A DNA stretch of 64,000 nt, from NCBI RefSeq assembly GCF_001194135.2, contig NC_068982.1, positions 11,720,430 through 11,784,429 on the forward strand, read 5' to 3'. The translations under genes and the position numbers were made by a program. Of the stretch, positions 11,755 through 23,454 are shown piece after piece. Below the pieces are notes generated by a model. That model searched no databases. It worked only from the letters and a program-made list of their open reading frames with translations, and was not told the origin of the DNA. The stretch is from Octopus bimaculoides. Its lineage: Eukaryota. Within the stretch, counting starts at the first letter, position 1; each line of letters starts with the position of its first letter.

Positions 11755-12435
11755 GCCTTTATGGTAAGACTTTTGGTGAAGTTACTCTACAACCCAGGTT
11801 TGATTCCTGATTGCTATTTCTCTGGGAAAGGTATGAACCTCACAATTCCTAAGGTTAATTACCTATTCCTCATTAATGACCAACTAGCTAATTATAATTT
11901 TATTTTATAATGCCATCATTGAAATTATCAAAAGTCCCTTTGAGATTTTCTAATTTACTTTGTTTTAAAACATTTTGTTTATTCTCTAAGAACTAACAAT
12001 AGTTTTTCACAACTGTTATCTTTAACTGTCACAACTCAATACACATCAGTTTCTCATATATTCATTACCAGCTTTGAGGCCACCCTTCTGGTTGTATTCA
12101 GGCTGGTTCCTGCAGAGGGCACCTTTGAGCTCTTTGGCTCCACTATTGTGCCACTTTGCAGCCCTTTGTGTAATGAAACTTATTTCTGCAAATGTGCTAA
12201 GCACTGATGCTCATCATAGTTTAATCAATAAGCATAGGAGCAAGGTAAAGGCAGTAAAAATAGGGGGTCAGTGAGACCCCAATTAGGTGGCCCCTTAGGA
12301 CATTCCCTGGGATTAGAGGAATTGCTGGTTTGAGTTTCATTGTCCTTGCACCAACGGTCTAGGAGGAGTTAACGAACATAGAAATGTAATGGACAGAGAA
12401 ACCTCACTCAAATTTATATTAAGATTACAATGAAA

Positions 12436-12655
12436 TATTAATGTGATGGGTTAGCAGAAGAGTTGGGGTATTCATTGTGGCATGTGTTCCATCGCTTTAT
12501 GATCTAAGTTCAAATGCTGCTGGGGTCAACTTTGCCTTGGTGGGTGAAAGTGTCAGAAATGATGTATAAGACAAATGTTTGCTGTTGATGTAATTGACTG
12601 ATACCCTATCCTCAAAATTATTGGACTTATTTATGGCTGTTAGAAATTATTATAA
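12436..12655 (+). mobile_element. SINE family B, decayed
   Basis: GTTAGCAG..CTAAGTTCAAATGCTGCTGGGGTCAACTTTGCCTT..GATGTAATTGACT. Confidence 0.6.
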
Positions 12656-14340
12656 CAATGAAATATTGTAATAAACAATTATTTTAAGATAATTGTTTAT
12701 CACAATATCTCATTGTGACAATAATCTGAAACACTTATTCTTCTCTTGGAACAAAGCCTATTATTTCACTGTAGTGTAGTTGTGATTTGAAACCGAACTG
12801 CTAAGTAGCCAGTTAGACATTATGATCAAACCACAGCAGTTTTCATGTGATTGGTTTATTAAGTAATCAATCAGTCAAGCCATCACATGATTCAATTTTC
12901 TAGAAATTTCTCTTGTACAAAGGTGGGTTTTAGTGGTAATAGCAGAACACTGAGGCAGCCACACATTGTGTCTCCATTCTCATCTCCACATCCAACAGAT
13001 TAAAACAGATGGCAGATAGCAGACAGTAATTTTTGTCACCATGAATACAACACAATTATTTCCCAGTTATGATTAGGCCAGCCACAGATTGCTATATCAG
13101 TAAACTTGTTGTAGACTCCAAGCAGTATGTTTCTCTCTCTGCCTGAATGTAATTATTGCTGTTAGTATTTGTAAAAGACCAACTCAGTCAAAACTCTGTG
13201 TGCAGTAATAAAATTTTCCATTAATTGTTTGTGGGTGTTGTCAGTTATTTCTTCACATGTTCCCTGAGAAATACATTTCCATGCAGCAATTCAGTCAGCC
13301 ATCACTTCAGACCAGCTAACAACAACAAGAAGAACAAACAGCAACCACACTGACACAACTTACAACAATAGTATAACTGTTTCCAAAGAATCCAACAGAT
13401 TTTGATTAGCTCTTGGTCAAATATAGCAACGGATCAAACTTCCTTTTGTTCTGTCCTTAACCTCCTTACTAAATTCGACTAATCTTTTTTGTTTCATGAC
13501 TGTCACATGATATTTTAATAACAGTGAAGTCCTATATTCAATTCCTAGCTTTCTATTTCTGTTTCATAAACTATTTCCTGACTCAGTACTCTAATACCAC
13601 CTGAAAATGTCAATATATTCTTTTGTATATATCAACTTATCTGAGAAAGAAAAAAAAAATGTTTTCAAGAAAACATAAACAGTGCTATTTTTGTTTGATT
13701 TATCCATTGTGCAATAGACAGGATTTTTTTTTCATCTTATATTATAAATTGATTTTACAGAGAAGTTGTATTAGCACACTACTGAGTTTATAAAATAACT
13801 TTAATTATTAATTTTCTGCTTCTCTTTCAAATTCATTAGCCTAGTATTATGCTACGATCTAGAAAGCTGTAGAATACCTGTCTTGATATATTACAGCATC
13901 ATGTTTGATATTTTATTCTTTTGTGTGTAAATAATGCCAGATTCAAAACTGCAATAGGGTTAATTAAATCAACATTTATTCTCTATGCATATGACAAAAA
14001 AAAAAAAAAAAAAAAAAAAAAATATTGTACTAGGACCAAAGCAAACTTTATTCTATAAATTTGCATGACTTGAAATGTGAATTGTCTTAATTTGATTTTA
14101 TGTCCATTGGACTAAATAGAAGTAGTGGTAGGGGGGAGTAACTGAGTGGATAAGTTATTACGATGTTGATCTAACATCTCATAATCCATGATTTCAGATC
14201 AATTGCATGCAGTTTATGTCTCTGGATTTCACACATTTTTTACTATTAATTTACTTAGCTCTCCAGAATAGGTACCAGAACATTTGGGAATGTCATCTGA
14301 TGTATAACTGGTATGGCTTTATGCAGATTATGTGGTTCTA

Positions 14341-14880
14341 TGAGGGGGTGCTGAAAGGTTCCTGGCTTTGGATAAAAGAAAATACAGGAGGACCAGTTTA
14401 TCATGATTTTATTCAACATACTCCCCTCTCAGATTCACACATTTATTGCAGCAGTCCTTCAGTTTTTCTAAGCCCTGTAAAAGAACTCAGAAGGTTGGGC
14501 CACCAACTAAGCCTTTCGTGATACCCTTAACCCATAAAGCGCTGGGATTTGCACTTACATAGCATAGACTGCTGAGCACATTTTATGAAAATGAGACTAC
14601 CATGCACACATAAAAAACAAAAAAATAGTTAAAATATCTTCTTAGTATGTAATGGTAGCAAGTTTTACATTATCTGAAAAGTCATTAGTTGAACTATTAG
14701 TCCTCTTGCATTCTGGGGGGTATCGGAGCATTTGAGTGACATTAGACCCCAACAAATGCTCATAAATTAAATGCACCTATCTGGGCCATGATCGTGGCTT
14801 GTCGACTTGTGCCTGACAGCCACGATTGTGGCCCATCGTGCTTTATGTGTTAAAGCCAGGAACTTTTCAGCACTCCCTCA
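14341..14880 (-). mobile_element. mariner-derived MITE (TA TSD) with a nested piggyBac-like insertion
   Basis: TIRs TGAGGGGGTGCTGAAAGGTTCCTGGCTTT / AAAGCCAGGAACTTTTCAGCACTCCCTCA flanked by TA; an uninterrupted sister copy lies at 27032-27249. Confidence 0.85.
14531..14849. mobile_element. piggyBac-like MITE family P3, TTAA TSD
   Basis: TTAA at 14527-14530 and 14850-14853; TIR CCCATAAAGCGCTGGG vs rc CACATAAAGCACGATGGG; internal hairpin at 14782-14835. Confidence 0.8.
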
Positions 14881-15665
14881 TAAATATTATTCCCTCCAAA
14901 ATTATAAGTAACCAATAAATCAACTATGAATTAAAATTGATGCATTTTAGGTTTGGTAATTATATAAGGTCAGTATGACCTTTTGGTTGTTCAGTATATA
15001 GAAACTTGCTCACTTGGTTTCCTTGTATGTCACCTTGTTGAACTCAATATGTTATTAACATTTAGATCTTCAGTCTGTTTTAGCCAAAACAGGCTATGCT
15101 GAAGCCCTACCTTCAGTGTCTTCATACTGTAAAATATTTCTTTTCACAATGATATTGATTTGTTTTATGGTATTAAGAAAACAATTTCAGACCAACTTTG
15201 TACACATTGGAATAGCACACAAAATGGAGTGCTGATTTCAGTTTAGTTTCACTCATAATGTTCTGTAATAAAATCTCAGTAAAATAAATTCTGCCCCTTT
15301 TGTCGTGTAAAGGAATACCAGTTGTACATTGAGTCAATCCAATTAATTAAACTCTCTTCAATTCTAATATTGATTTTGTTGTGAGCCAGAAATGAGACTG
15401 TTAAGGTAGAAAATAAAATTTTTTAAGATTCATGGTCTTGGTTTAAAAGTATTTTTAAATATTTGAAGAACTTTTAAGAAATAATTAAATCTTGCATTAT
15501 CAATTTCAAAAAGTTGAACTGGGAGAATTTTTCACATACTGGGCAAAATGCTTACTTTCAAAGCTAGATCTATGCATCGGAATGACTTTTGAGTAATTGA
15601 GGAAACAACAACTTGAATACATTATTTACATTTGATGGATATTTGTCCTCATCTTGTTTGTCGTT

Positions 15666-15711
15666 AACACAATGTTTCAGCTGATATACCCTCCAGCCTT
15701 CATCAAGTGTC
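15666..15711 (-). ncRNA. hammerhead ribozyme-like motif, left arm (decayed)
   Basis: GACAC-TTGATGA-A-GGCTG-gagggtatat-CAGCT-GAAA-C-ATT-GTGTT; C3 is replaced by T. Confidence 0.6.
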
Positions 15712-15922
15712 TTGGGGAAATTTCGAACCTGGGCTCTCATTCCTAAGGTATTTTTCGATGTTGTTATTATTATTATTATTATTATTCAGGTTCCTGCCTG
15801 GAATTGAACTTGGAATCTTGGGGTTAGTAGCCTGCGCTCTTAACCACTATGCCATATGTCTGTAGTGGTTAAGTGTGTGGGTTACTAACCTCAAGATTCC
15901 AAGTTCAATTACAGGCAGGGAT

Positions 15923-15959
<37 letters not shown>

Positions 15960-16006
15960 TCGAAAAATACCTTAGGAATGACAACCCAGGTTTGAAATTT
16001 CCCCAA

Positions 16007-16052
16007 GACACCTGATGAAGGCTGGAGGGTATATCAGCTGGAACATTGTGTT
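16007..16052 (+). ncRNA. hammerhead ribozyme-like motif, right arm (decayed)
   Basis: GACAC-CTGATGA-A-GGCTG-gagggtatat-CAGCT-GGAA-C-ATT-GTGTT; GAAA is mutated to GGAA. Confidence 0.6.
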
Positions 16053-17429
16053 AACAACAAACAAGATGAGGACAAATATCCATTAAATGTAAATAATGTA
16101 AATAATGTACAGAATTCCTCATCTCCTAAATATAAAACTGAATAACTTGAATGTGTCTGATTTTGATTGGAAGACTATAGTCTATATGGCATCTTATCCC
16201 AGTTTGACTGAAAAGAATTTCACGTGCGTGAAGCCAGCAGCTTGCAGATTGTATTTTAATGGTTATCATGAAATCAACCAACTATGAACTTATACCGATT
16301 TTGAAAGTAAATTCCTCATTTCTCCTGTATTTACATTCTGGGTTTCAATTCTCTCAAGGTCTACTCTGCTTTTCGTCCTTTCTGGGGTTGATGAAATAAA
16401 TCCCAGTTTAGCACAGGGGACAATGTAATCAATTTTTTTTCCTTTTCCAGAATTTAAGGGATTCTGACTATAACCAGAAAGATTTTTAATTTCAGAAATA
16501 AACTATTTTGCAGCTTTATGTTAAATTCATTTCGGGAGCTTGCTTGATAGATATGGTTTACTTGTGAGAGCAAAAGTGTTTTTACTGCTGGTTGTCCTTC
16601 TTCATGCTAACCAGTCAATGATGAAATAAAAATGGAACATGTTTGCTGTTCAGTCATGCAAAACATTGACAGTAGAGAAAAAAGAAAACCGAAAAAAACC
16701 CCCCTGAACTTATGACCATTGTCCAGCATTGATCAATAGTGATCAGTAAGCCAGTAGCTTAACAGTGCATCTATTGTACCTCACTTAAACAAAACAATTT
16801 CAGAATTCATCAAATTGATTGATTCAATTGAGTCAAGTAAAAGAGAAATCATTTTTGGGATTGGTCCTATTATCTAGAGTTCATTGGTTAAATTACTGAA
16901 TAAGTGGCTTTGACATTTCTTTAGTTGTATTTTGCTCTGGAGGTTATATATTAACCTGTTTTGTTACTATAACAAATTAAATTTCTTAGGCGTGTCAAAG
17001 AGATTAATTTGTTTATACTAACGAGATAAAAGTACAATATTTTTTTTTATAGATTTTCAATAATAAATAATAGTATATTTTTTTTTTATCATCTGAAAGG
17101 TTAACCTTTAACACAAAATATTAATTGAACTGGTTGAAAAATAAAATTGCAACTATTAGAAATAATATCGTTATCAAATCATTATCAATCGTCATTCAGC
17201 ATTTTAATGTCTGTTTTTCCATACTGGTTTAGGTCGGACAGTGGGTTGGCTATGTTTACCATGTAGCTTATCACCAAACATCTTAGTCTTTCATCTCCAG
17301 ACTTATTTGTGCTCTTCTTTTTCAACACTTCAAACATTATCCAATTTACGTATCTTTAACTTCATATTTTTACGTATTTTTAACTTCACATTTGTTAAGT
17401 AAATTACCCTCAACCCATACAAATTGCAT

Positions 17430-17591
17430 AGGTACAGGCATAGCTGTGTAGTAAGAAGTTTGCTTCCTAACCACATGGTTCCAGGTTCAGTCCTAATGTG
17501 TGGCACTTTGGACAAGTGTTTTCTACCATAGCCTTGGTCCACCCTAAACCTTGTGAATATGTTTGGTAACAGAAACTGAAAGAAGCCTGTC

Positions 17592-17642
<51 letters not shown>

Positions 17643-17840
17643 TGTGTCTATGTTTGTCCCTCACCATTGCTTGACAACCAAAGTTGGTGTGCTTACATAT
17701 CAGATAACTTAGTGGATCAACAAAAGGAACCAATAGACTAAGTACCAAGCCTAAAAAATGATAAGCACTGGGGTGTCAATTCATTTGACTTAAATCATTC
17801 AAGGTGTTGCTGCAGCATGACCTGAAACAAATAAAAAAGG
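17430..17840 (+). mobile_element. SINE family A, full length
   Basis: Head, (AT)n(GT)n centre and tail match the other copies. Confidence 0.9.
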
Positions 17841-18509
17841 TGAAACACTATATATGAAGTTTGAAATGTTGAGGTATATTGAGAAAATATATTACAACAG
17901 ATTATTCAGCTTTTGATACTCTTGGATCCAGAATCAAGATTACTCCTGCAAAAGTGTTTTATTAAGATTATTATTTGAAAGTAAGAAATGTTTAAATGGT
18001 TCTAAGATAGGGATGTACCTAACCATATCAATTACATTGTTGTACTGTTGCCTAAAGCCGTGCCAGTGCAATTCTTGAAGTGAATTTCCTGTATTTGGCA
18101 TGTGTATATTGTGTTGATTTTGAGTAGCATCAGTAATACTTTTAGGATTGGAATACATTTTCATAGACAGAATAAAAGAAATTGGCAAAGTCAAAGCAGT
18201 ATATTTCTATTGATAGATATGCGTATTAGTTGAATGTAATTCTTGACCAAGTGTTGTATTTTAAATGAGAAGCTGCTGCCAGTCTTTTACTAAAGGATTA
18301 TTTTGTAGTTCTTTAACTGTAATGTAATAGAGCATTTCTTCCTAAGCTACTCTAAAAAAAAAAATAAAAAAAATGTTAAGTTTTGGAATTGTTCCATAAA
18401 GCAACAAATGCCATTATAAGAATATCCTCATTAACTATTGTGTATTTGTAATGAAGCAAAATAGAACCGATTTTGAATTGTGAGAAAGTGGTCACAATAT
18501 CCTTTTAAA

Positions 18510-18692
18510 TTCTTTTATTCTTTTCAGTCATTTGATTACGGCCATGTTGGAGCATTGCCTTTAGTCGAACAAATCAAGCACCAGGACTTATTCTTTGTAA
18601 GCTTAGCCCTTATTCCATTGGTCTCTTTTGCCGAACCAATAATCTACAGGGATGTAAACACACCAACATCAGTTGTCAAGTGATGTGGGGCG

Positions 18693-18745
<53 letters not shown>

Positions 18746-18907
18746 ATGGGCTTCTTTCAGTTTCCTTCTATCAAATCTCCTCACAAGGCTTTGCTTGGCC
18801 GGAGAGTATAGTAGAATACACTCGACCAAGGTGCCACATGGTGGGACTGAACCTGAAACCTTGTGGTTGGGAAATAAGCTTCTTACCACACAGCCATACC
18901 TGCACCT
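18510..18907 (-). mobile_element. SINE family A, full length
   Basis: As above, opposite strand, internal (CA)n. Confidence 0.9.
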
Positions 18908-19029
18908 AAAAACACAAATCCGTTGGTATTTACTATTTTTTAAATGTTTGTCAAGTTCCAGTTTTAATGTTTAATCTAATATTAAATTCAATTCAACTTT
19001 TTTTTTAAATACACCTTACATGAATGCAT

Positions 19030-19255
19030 ATGTGTGTGTGTGTGCATCTGTCTATCCCTCACTAGCATTTGACAACCAGTGTTGGTGTGTTTACATCCTT
19101 GTAACTTGGTGGTATGGCAGGGGCGGCCGATAGAACGAGTACCAGGCTTTCAGAAAATAAGTACTGGTGTTGGTTCATTCGACTAACAGTTCTGCAAGGT
19201 GGTGTCCCAGTATGAACACAGTCTGGTGAGTGAGACAAGTAAAAGATAAAAGATG
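19030..19255 (+). mobile_element. SINE family A, 3' half
   Basis: TTGACAACCAGTGTTGGTGTGTTTACATCC..GAGACAAGTAAAAGATAAAAGAT. Confidence 0.75.
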
Positions 19256-19977
19256 TATATATATAAGTATGTGTGTGTGTGTGTGTGTGTGTGTGTATGA
19301 ATAACTGACATTATGTCTTTAATAAATAGAATATCTAATTAATTCATCAGAGCATTCAAGCAAATCTGTTTTAACCTACTCTACACAGTGAATTTTATTC
19401 TAAAATTAAACTTTGGCAAGTTCCTCAGTCCAAAAATAACATCAACAATTCTCCATAAAAACACAAAGAAAATAAAAATATATTCAAAACAAGTTACAAT
19501 GATTAAAGTTAAAAAGAGGCTCTGTAATCTTGACATGTTTTTCTCTGAGAGAATTCTGTACATTTGTCTTACTTTATCTCTTCAAATAAGAAATGGTGGT
19601 GCCATCAGACAGCCACAACAATATCTTGTTTCTGGTAATTTAGTATATATTTACTATTTCTGTCAAAGATTTAGTGTTATATGGTGTAATTTAAATTATA
19701 TCCTATCATATAACTCTTTGGTCTCTAAACTACACACAATTCAAGTATAATAATTGTTGCTAAGAATATTTCTCTTGATGTTTCTATAGATTACTATCTT
19801 GATTAGAATTCTCTCTCAAGCTGAGAAGATATTTTATTTTAGGCATTTTGTGATTAAAATCACTTTATAGCTACATTTCTTTTTTCTTTTATTATTTCTT
19901 CTGAAATTAAGGTTACATGGAAGTAGTTAGTTAGTCTTGGCAGCTGTGGATATTGTTTTCCAAATTGTAAAATATTA

Positions 19978-20608
19978 AATTTTGGGGGAGGGGATAAGTC
20001 TGTCATACCGACTCCAGTATTCAACTGGTACTTATTTTATCGACTCTGTAAGGATGAAAAGAAAAGTCGACTTCTGCAGAATTTGAACTCAGAACCAAAA
20101 GACAGATGAAATGATATTAAGCATTTTGGCTGGCGGCCCGAGACCTTTGGAAATGGGCTGTGCGTGAGAAGACCCGGCAAGCCAAGTAAGATCGTTGCCA
20201 GTGCCCCTGGACTGGTTCTTGTGCGGGTGGCACATGAGATGCACCATTTTGAGCGTGGCCGTTGCCAGTACCGCCTGACTGGCTCCTGTAGGATTTTCGA
20301 GCGAGATCGTTGCCAGTGCCCCTGGACTGGCTTGTGCGGGTGGCACATAAAAGACACCATTTCGAGCGTGGCCGTTTTCGTGCGGGTGACACGTAAAAGC
20401 ACCCACTACACTCTCTGAGTGGTTGGCGTTAGGAAGGGCATCCAGCTGTAGAAACTCTGCCAAATCAGATTGGAGCCTGGTGTTGCCATCCGGTTTCACC
20501 AGTCCTCAGTCAAATCGTCCAACCCATGCCAGCATGGAAAGCGGACGTTAAACGATGATGATGATGATGATGATGATGATGCTAACGATTCCGCCAGCTT
20601 GCCATCTT
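19978..20608 (-). mobile_element. SINE family B split by an RTE insertion
   Basis: The body at 19978-20135 resumes in register at 20581-20608 (GCTAACGATTCCGCCAGCTTGCC). Confidence 0.8.
20136..20580 (+). mobile_element. 5'-truncated RTE LINE (ORF2 end + 3'UTR + (GAT)n)
   Basis: 20139-20189 encodes RDLWKWAVREKTRQAK*, homologous to the ORF2 end at 63529-63990, followed by a tandemly repeated 3'UTR and a (GAT)n tail. Confidence 0.85.
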
Positions 20609-20812
20609 TATAAAATATATAATATTGTCATAATATAAAAATAAAATTTTAATAAATCAGAATTCTGGTGACCTGGAGGTTGAAGGTTTGAATCTCCCTA
20701 GAGCCTTGATTATGTTCTTTTCTTAAGCAGTGCCCTAGCATAGCCACAGTTCAATGACTGAAACAAGAAAAGAACAAAAGATATTAATGAATCTCAAAGA
20801 CATTATGGAAAC

Positions 20813-21040
20813 TTAACCCTTTACCATTTAAATGGGCTGTGTCTGGCCCAAATATTCTACTCGTTTTATGTTCAAACTGGCCATATCTGGCCTCTCACAT
20901 CTACCCTACAATGTCATTCTGAAAATATACAATCACATCTTTGAAATCTCAAAGCAACATGATAATGCATGATTAATTTAGAACAGTGTGAAGAAATAAG
21001 TATTACAATTAGCAAAGTAATCTAAATGCTAAAGAGTTAC
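20813..21040. mobile_element. piggyBac-like MITE family P2
   Basis: TTAA-CCCTTTACCATTT ... AAATGCTAAAGAG-TTAC. Confidence 0.75.
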
Positions 21041-22619
21041 AGAATGTTCTCTGTTATCTTCATTTCAGCTTAGAAGCAATAATGCCATAGAGAGTTAAAT
21101 GCAATGCTATGCTTCATTTCTGTACCTGGCTTGCAAGATGCTTCATGCGAATTTGTGTGTTGAAACAAATTTTGCTGTGTCTAGGGAGAGTCATTATGCG
21201 AATATTATTCACACATGCACTTGTTCAATTCCACTTCTTTCCTATTAGTCAATTAGTTAAATATCCAACTAACTAATCGATTGTTTGTCTAATTTGGTTA
21301 AACAGTAAGTTGTGGTTTTTAATATGCATACATCATCATTATCTTCGTCATCATATAACGGCTGAATTTTATGTCATTGCAATGCTTATATCATTTAAGT
21401 TCCTAATGTTTGTTTTGAAATATTTATACGTTAGATGAACTCCTCTATCACTGATATTTTGTAACAACTCATTAAGAGAAAAATTAATTGCCTTGTCACT
21501 GAGAATGCTTTGATATTACTGTCATTTAGTTGAATTTAATATGCATCATGAAATTAATAAAAATGTGTTGTTTATATGTATAACATATATATCCTAATTT
21601 TTAGAAGTGATACAGCATATTGTGGCATGTTGTAAGAGGCCATTAAAAGGTTTGCCATCTTAAAGAACATCCAACTATAAAACTCAACCTCGAAAATGTT
21701 CTGTCCAGTCCATGTCAACATGGAAAAGCAGATGTGTATAATGATGATGAAGATACTGATGATGCATGCATGTACAAACACCCCTCTCTTTCTCTTTCTA
21801 GCCATTCATCTGTCTGTCTGTCTATCATTTTGTCTTTATTTTTTGCAAGATTTTCAATGTGAAGCCATGTGTTAATAGATATTGTTATTCTCTGAGAGGT
21901 TCATTCAACCAATATGAACACGCACTATTTACAATTCACTTCTTTATTGTTAACTACTCCATTAATTTTCGATTAATTTGTTGGCTTGTTAAAAAAAATT
22001 TTTGTCACGCCTATCTGTAACCATCTCAATCAGCTTCTTTCTGCAACTGATTCCCATCTTGTTATTTTTATGCTGTTAAACATCATTTGTATTTGTGTTA
22101 CTGTGTGTGTGTGTGTGTGTGTGTGTGGAACTGGTGTTGCTGTGTGTGTTTTGTGGTAGCCACTGTTGATGAGTGTGTGTCTGTGCATTGTTTTTATTTT
22201 TCAAGTTCGTTAATCTCTATATAAATTTCTTTTTAATTTAAAAAAATTTTTTAGCTTGGTATTTCTTATTTTTGAATTGCAGTTTCACCTGAAGTGGAGT
22301 TGATGTTCTTGCCGCAGTGATTGTAAGTCTCTTGCTAGCTTGACTAGAGTTTGTGACATTTCATTTTGTATTCATTTTTGCAAGATTTCTCATGTGAAAC
22401 TGGGTGTTGAAACAGATTGTTGTGTTTTGGGAGCATCATGTACTAATAAAACACACACGTACTAATCACAGTTCACTTGTTTATTGCTAACTAATCCATT
22501 AACTATTGATTAGTTTGTTTAGTCTCTTGTGATATAATCTGCTGATTGCAAATATTTTAATAGCATCTGCTTCGTTAATTGTTATGATTCTGAGATTTTT
22601 TTCTTATTTTTGACTCTGT

Positions 22620-23270
22620 TGAATTACAAGATTACACTATGTGAAATATTCATCAAGGATTGACAACTTTCCTGCTTGATGCTCCAAACTTGCACTTTGT
22701 GGACTGTGATCCTTATTTCCTTATCCAATTTTTTTAAATATTTTTTTTTATATTTTGAGTTGTGCTTTGAGTACTGTCCACTTCTGTTGCATACCGTGGA
22801 AATATAGTTTGCCCATGTCATTTTGATGTCTAGTGTTACCAAGACTTTCATATTGCTTCTGCATAGCCTTCAATTTCCATGGTGGAATTCAAGACCTGAT
22901 GGACTTCTTTCCTTTGATAAAAGCAATTGTTTTTCACTTTGATGGCTTACATGTTTATAGTCCAGTCATTCATCCAGTTCCCTTTTACCCAATGGTGTAA
23001 GCAGTGTATCTGTCAGTAAAGAAGCACAGCTTGTATTCATAGGCATTTACTAGAACATGAATTAAAGCTGATAATAGAAGTAGGTGGAATATTGAGCTGC
23101 GTGGCATTGACACATTAATGGGGGATGGATCAGAAAAGTGATTTAGAAGGGAGAATTTGATAGATCTCCTGTTAAGATAACTTTGCAACCCCTGAATATC
23201 TTCCATGAATTTCTGCTTGGTATAAAAGTCAAACTGTCAAATGTTTCTTTGATATCTGAACTCTACTTCA
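22620..23270 (-). mobile_element. decayed CR1/L2/Jockey-group LINE reverse transcriptase fragment
   Basis: With frameshifts: DIKETFDSL (cf. D.SKAFD), SYLNRR, PRSSIFHLLL (cf. PQGS.LGP.LF), FFTD (cf. FADD), KVLVTLDIKMTWANYISTVC (cf. KYLG..LD..L.W..HI). Confidence 0.7.
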
Positions 23271-23454
23271 CACTCACTGATCTGTTTCTAAGTAATTGTT
23301 CTGCTGTGGTTTGATTGCTTGTTGAATTGTCTTCCAAAAGTGAATCATTTTTTAGAAAAGATTGCCAGATGTTTTTGAAATATGTAGAATATAAATTTCT
23401 CTCTACAAGAAAGAAAATGACTTGAATAAAAGTGTTTTGTATTTAAATTGTATA

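Larger units (their letters stand above)
15618..16109. mobile_element. palindromic element: two divergent tRNA-headed, hammerhead-containing units
   Basis: Arms of about 240 bp are reverse complements around 15851-15861. Each arm has a tRNA-like head, (AAT)n, a hammerhead-like core and an (ATGTAAATA) tail. Confidence 0.8.

Noticed and set aside
13997-14021. Poly(A) tract as the tail of a processed pseudogene
   Set aside because: No upstream ORF-like body or TSD seen.
15785-15930. Functional tRNA genes
   Set aside because: A/B boxes and anticodon-arm-like sequence are present, but the acceptor stem is not convincing and they are embedded in repeat units. They are SINE-like heads, as in families A, B and D.
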